Assembly: GCA_965116925.1 (NCBI GenBank)
Contig: OZ220744.1
Span: forward strand, 4,064,001 to 4,128,000
Reading direction: 5' to 3'
From: Candidatus Poribacteria bacterium
GTDB lineage: Bacteria > Poribacteria > WGA-4E > PCPOR2b
Length of the DNA stretch: 64,000 nt
This document shows positions 61,137-64,000 of this stretch, piece after piece (positions within the stretch are counted from its first letter, which is position 1; each line of letters begins with the position of its first letter). A program made the position numbers and the translations under genes. Under the pieces are notes generated by a model, which saw only the letters and a list, made by a program, of their open reading frames with translations, did no database searches and had not been told where the DNA came from.

Positions 61137-62018
61137 ATGACAAGATTCAACCGTTATGCCCTGATTGTGGGCATGATAGCTGCGATGATTTTATCAACGG
61201 GAGCTTTCGCTGCTGAGAATCCGTGCAACCCATGCGGTGGAGCAGCGACAAATCCGTGTAATCCCTGCAATCCATGTTCGGGGATGAAACACTTTGGAAT
61301 TGATGACCCCAGAGGTAGAGATGTACTCACTTTCGATTCCAAGGCTCCGCTAGAAAAAATTGTCGGCACAACCAGCAAAATCACGGGTAGTGTTCAGGTC
61401 AACCCAAAGGACATCATGAAGGGATTGAAGGCCTCCTTTGTATTGGATCTCGCCAGCCTGAAGACAGGGATCGACAAACGCGATGAACATATGCGGGATA
61501 ATTTCTTGGAGACAGCCAAGTATCCCAAAGCGATGCTCACCATAGACAAAGTAATCAAAGCCTCTGATAACATGCTCATGGATGGGAAGACGCTCATGGT
61601 GGACGCTGAAGGCACTTTATCACTGCACGGGGTTAAGAACACCGTTCAACTAAAAGATATTACGGTCACCTATTTCGACGAGAGCGAAGCCACCAAGGGG
61701 AGGCTGCCGGGTGATCTCCTGATAATCAACGGCGGTTTTTCGCTGAATCTTCCCGATTATAATATTGAAGTGCCGCAATTCATCTTTCTCAAATTGGCAG
61801 AGACAATAAAGGTGAGCGTGGATTTGGCCGGTTCGACAGCTACAGCAGTGGTAGCTAATCCTTGTAACCCGTGTAATCCATGTGCAGGAGTGAATCCTTG
61901 CAATCCGTGCGCGGGCGTGAACCCCTGTAACCCGTGTGCAGGAGAGAATCCCTGTAATCCTTGCAATCCATGTGCAGGAGTGAATCCTTGCAACCCGTGC
62001 AACCCCTGTGGACAGTAG
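61137..62018 (+). CDS. Secreted YceI-domain protein flanked by 18 Asn-Pro-Cys repeats
   Basis: Signal peptide (AFA), YceI motifs [29 protein letters not shown]; 5 N-terminal and 13 C-terminal NPC units. Confidence 0.85.
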   Translation: MTRFNRYALIVGMIAAMILSTGAFAAENPCNPCGGAATNPCNPCNPCSGMKHFGIDDPRGRDVLTFDSKAPLEKIVGTTSKITGSVQVNPKDIMKGLKASFVLDLASLKTGIDKRDEHMRDNFLETAKYPKAMLTIDKVIKASDNMLMDGKTLMVDAEGTLSLHGVKNTVQLKDITVTYFDESEATKGRLPGDLLIINGGFSLNLPDYNIEVPQFIFLKLAETIKVSVDLAGSTATAVVANPCNPCNPCAGVNPCNPCAGVNPCNPCAGENPCNPCNPCAGVNPCNPCNPCGQ

Positions 62019-62091
62019 GGTTAAGGAAGCACATATCTTCAGGGGAGGGTTTCAAACCCTCCTCTGACAAATAGGTTTGGAAGTATGCCAA

Positions 62092-62772
62092 ATGAACGTA
62101 TCCGTTATTATCCCCGCCTTCAATGAAGAGGAATCTATTGGCAAGGTCATCGCTGATATTCCCAAGGGGTGCGTTCAAGAGATTATTGTCGTTGATAACG
62201 GTTGTCTTGACCGAACGGCTGAAGTGGCTCGCGCTGCGGGAGCACGGGTAGTAAGAGAAGAACGCAGAGGTTACGGCTCTGCGTGTCTTGCTGGGATTGC
62301 TGCGCTAAACGCACCAGAAATTGTGGTCTTCCTCGATGGCGACTATAGCGACTTTCCGTCAGAGATGCCGCTGCTTATCCAACCGATTCTCGCTGGGGAC
62401 GCAGAGATGGTGATTGGTTCGCGGATTCGTGGTGTACGTGAGAAAGGGGCTTTGCTTCCGCAGGCTCGTTTTGGCAATGCTCTCGCCACCTTTCTGATTC
62501 GGCTGCTGTTTCACGTTCACTACACTGACTTGGGTCCCTTCCGCGCGATTCGCTATGAGCAGTTGTTAGCGATGGATATGCAGGACAAGACCTTTGGGTG
62601 GACGGTTGAGATGCAAGTCAAAGCAGCCAAGATGGGATTACGTGTGTGCGAAGTACCGGTTAGCTACCGGAGGCGGATTGGACAATCGAAAATTACAGGA
62701 ACCGTTAAAGGGACAATTTTAGCCGGATATAAAATTATTACAACAATTCTTCGTTACGGTTTGGTACGATGA
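62092..62772 (+). CDS. Glycosyltransferase family 2
   Basis: IIPAFNEE, VVDNG, FLDGD, TDLGPFRAI, GWTVEMQ. Confidence 0.92.
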   Translation: MNVSVIIPAFNEEESIGKVIADIPKGCVQEIIVVDNGCLDRTAEVARAAGARVVREERRGYGSACLAGIAALNAPEIVVFLDGDYSDFPSEMPLLIQPILAGDAEMVIGSRIRGVREKGALLPQARFGNALATFLIRLLFHVHYTDLGPFRAIRYEQLLAMDMQDKTFGWTVEMQVKAAKMGLRVCEVPVSYRRRIGQSKITGTVKGTILAGYKIITTILRYGLVR

Positions 62773-63524
62773 AAAGACTAGAAAAAATTTGGTATCTGAA
62801 ACATTTTGATATTTTCAAGGATTTGACCGACAGAGAAATCGACGTTATTGACCGTATTTCATATATGAAGCATTACAAGCGACGTGAACGGATTTACGGT
62901 CAAGGTGATCCGGGGGATGTGGTCTACCTGCTCAAAGAGGGACGGGTCAAGATCTATAAGCTATCGCCCGATGGCAAAGAGTTGACGTTGGCAGTGCTTG
63001 AAAACGGTGAAATCTTCGGTGAGATGGCGTTAATCGACGATGGTCCCCGCGGCACAATCGCGGAGACGCTAGACGATTCAGATATCTGTGTGATACGGCG
63101 TCGGGATTTTGAGATGCTGCTGAAGAAGAAGCCGGACCTAGCGATGCATGTCACCAAACTGATCGGACTGCGACGGCGGGAGATCGAGAACCAACTTGAA
63201 AAGTTAGTATTCCGAAATGCACCGTCTCGACTTGCCGCCCTGCTGATGTCGTTAGCAGAGAAGCACGGTGTGCGTGATAGCCAAGGTATTATCCTGAACG
63301 TGAAATTTTCGCAGCAGGAACTAGCAAATTTGATTGGAACGGCACGGGAAACGACAAGTGCACTCCTTAATGAGTTCAAGCGGCTCGGTTTGATAGATAT
63401 CCGCCACCGGCGAATCAAGATCTTGGAACAGTGGCAGCTTAAAAAAATCGCAGACGCCAAGATGAAGGAGTTTCCAATCAAGGAGGTTGACCGCGAAGAG
63501 GAAAGCGAAGTTGCTGTCCAATAA
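62769..63524 (+). CDS. Crp/Fnr family transcriptional regulator
   Basis: cNMP domain (FGEMAL..PR) and HTH QQELANLIGTARETTS; ATGA overlap with GT2. Confidence 0.95.
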   Translation: MKRLEKIWYLKHFDIFKDLTDREIDVIDRISYMKHYKRRERIYGQGDPGDVVYLLKEGRVKIYKLSPDGKELTLAVLENGEIFGEMALIDDGPRGTIAETLDDSDICVIRRRDFEMLLKKKPDLAMHVTKLIGLRRREIENQLEKLVFRNAPSRLAALLMSLAEKHGVRDSQGIILNVKFSQQELANLIGTARETTSALLNEFKRLGLIDIRHRRIKILEQWQLKKIADAKMKEFPIKEVDREEESEVAVQ

Positions 63525-63597
63525 TCATACCTTTCCATTGTCGATGCCCTTCCTGCAATCCCCCTTGTTACCATAAATTCCACCGATTTGAAATTTA

Positions 63598-63840
63598 CAG
63601 GACTTACGCAAATTTAGTACGCAGCGCGCGATTTTTTATTTTTGGCTCATGTTAAGAAAGCGTGCAACAGAAACCGTAGGGGCGGGGTACCCGCCCCGAT
63701 TTATCGGGGTTGGGCAACCCAACCCCTACAAAAACTCGGTTTCTCTTTGCGCTTTGCACTTTCTTTTTACATGAGCCTTATTTTTAACCCCCTAAATCCC
63801 CCTTATCAGGGGGACTTATGAATCAACTGCGTAAGTCCTA
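63598..63840. mobile_element. MITE A (63598-63840) containing MITE D (63644-63777) containing a GTAG-REP doublet
   Basis: CAGGACTTACGCA/TGCGTAAGTCCTA ends (TSD not clear); inner GGCTCATGT/ACATGAGCC with exact 8-bp TSD TTATTTTT. Confidence 0.85.
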
Positions 63841-63959
63841 TAGAATTTAATTGTCACGCGCCTCTTTTTGTTTTATACTGATAACGTTTCAAAACGAAAA
63901 TCTTCAGCGAAAATTGGTATACTTACGCAGCATATAAAAATGAGACAAAGGTGGAGAAG

Positions 63960-64000
63960 ATGTCACTATTTGAAAAACTCGGCATTGTAACCAATATTTG
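63960..64000 (+). CDS. Start of an ORF running off the window (MSLFEKLGIVTNI...)
   Basis: GGAG RBS and ATG, open to window end. Confidence 0.5.
   Translation, partial: MSLFEKLGIVTNI

Overview
Bacterial chromosomal window. The gene repertoire (PhyH dioxygenases, PD40/TolB repeats with a C-terminal 'GK..T.WG.LK' tail, LRR+dockerin protein, many TPR proteins) resembles Candidatus Poribacteria; this is an inference, not a database result. Housekeeping genes include queF, dprA, truA, a trmH-like methylase, rho-rpmE-(phyH)-prfA-prmC, leuD and copA. There is also an ECF sigma/anti-sigma/giant TPR cluster and many catabolic enzymes. The most striking feature is a nested set of small mobile DNA. (i) An intact IS630-family element (58211-59451) has ATGAAG...CTTCAT ends. 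It and its ~117-bp MITEs sit in the loops of REP-like hairpins, mostly GTAG type, with an apparent 1-bp target duplication instead of TA. The MITEs carry their own REP hairpin, which produces Russian-doll nests (58104-59578, 39587-39819, 41194-41717). (ii) Three further MITE families are present, with TA, 5-bp and 8-bp duplications and interchangeable hairpin cargo. (iii) Two TnpA-less tnpB elements have a deducible TCAY TAM; one is intact and one is knocked out by a MITE. Notable proteins are a tandem double-Hfq/Sm-like protein, a secreted YceI domain flanked by 18 Asn-Pro-Cys repeats, and two tandem uncharacterised RIDxxQH-motif paralogs. No rRNA, tRNA or CRISPR array was seen.
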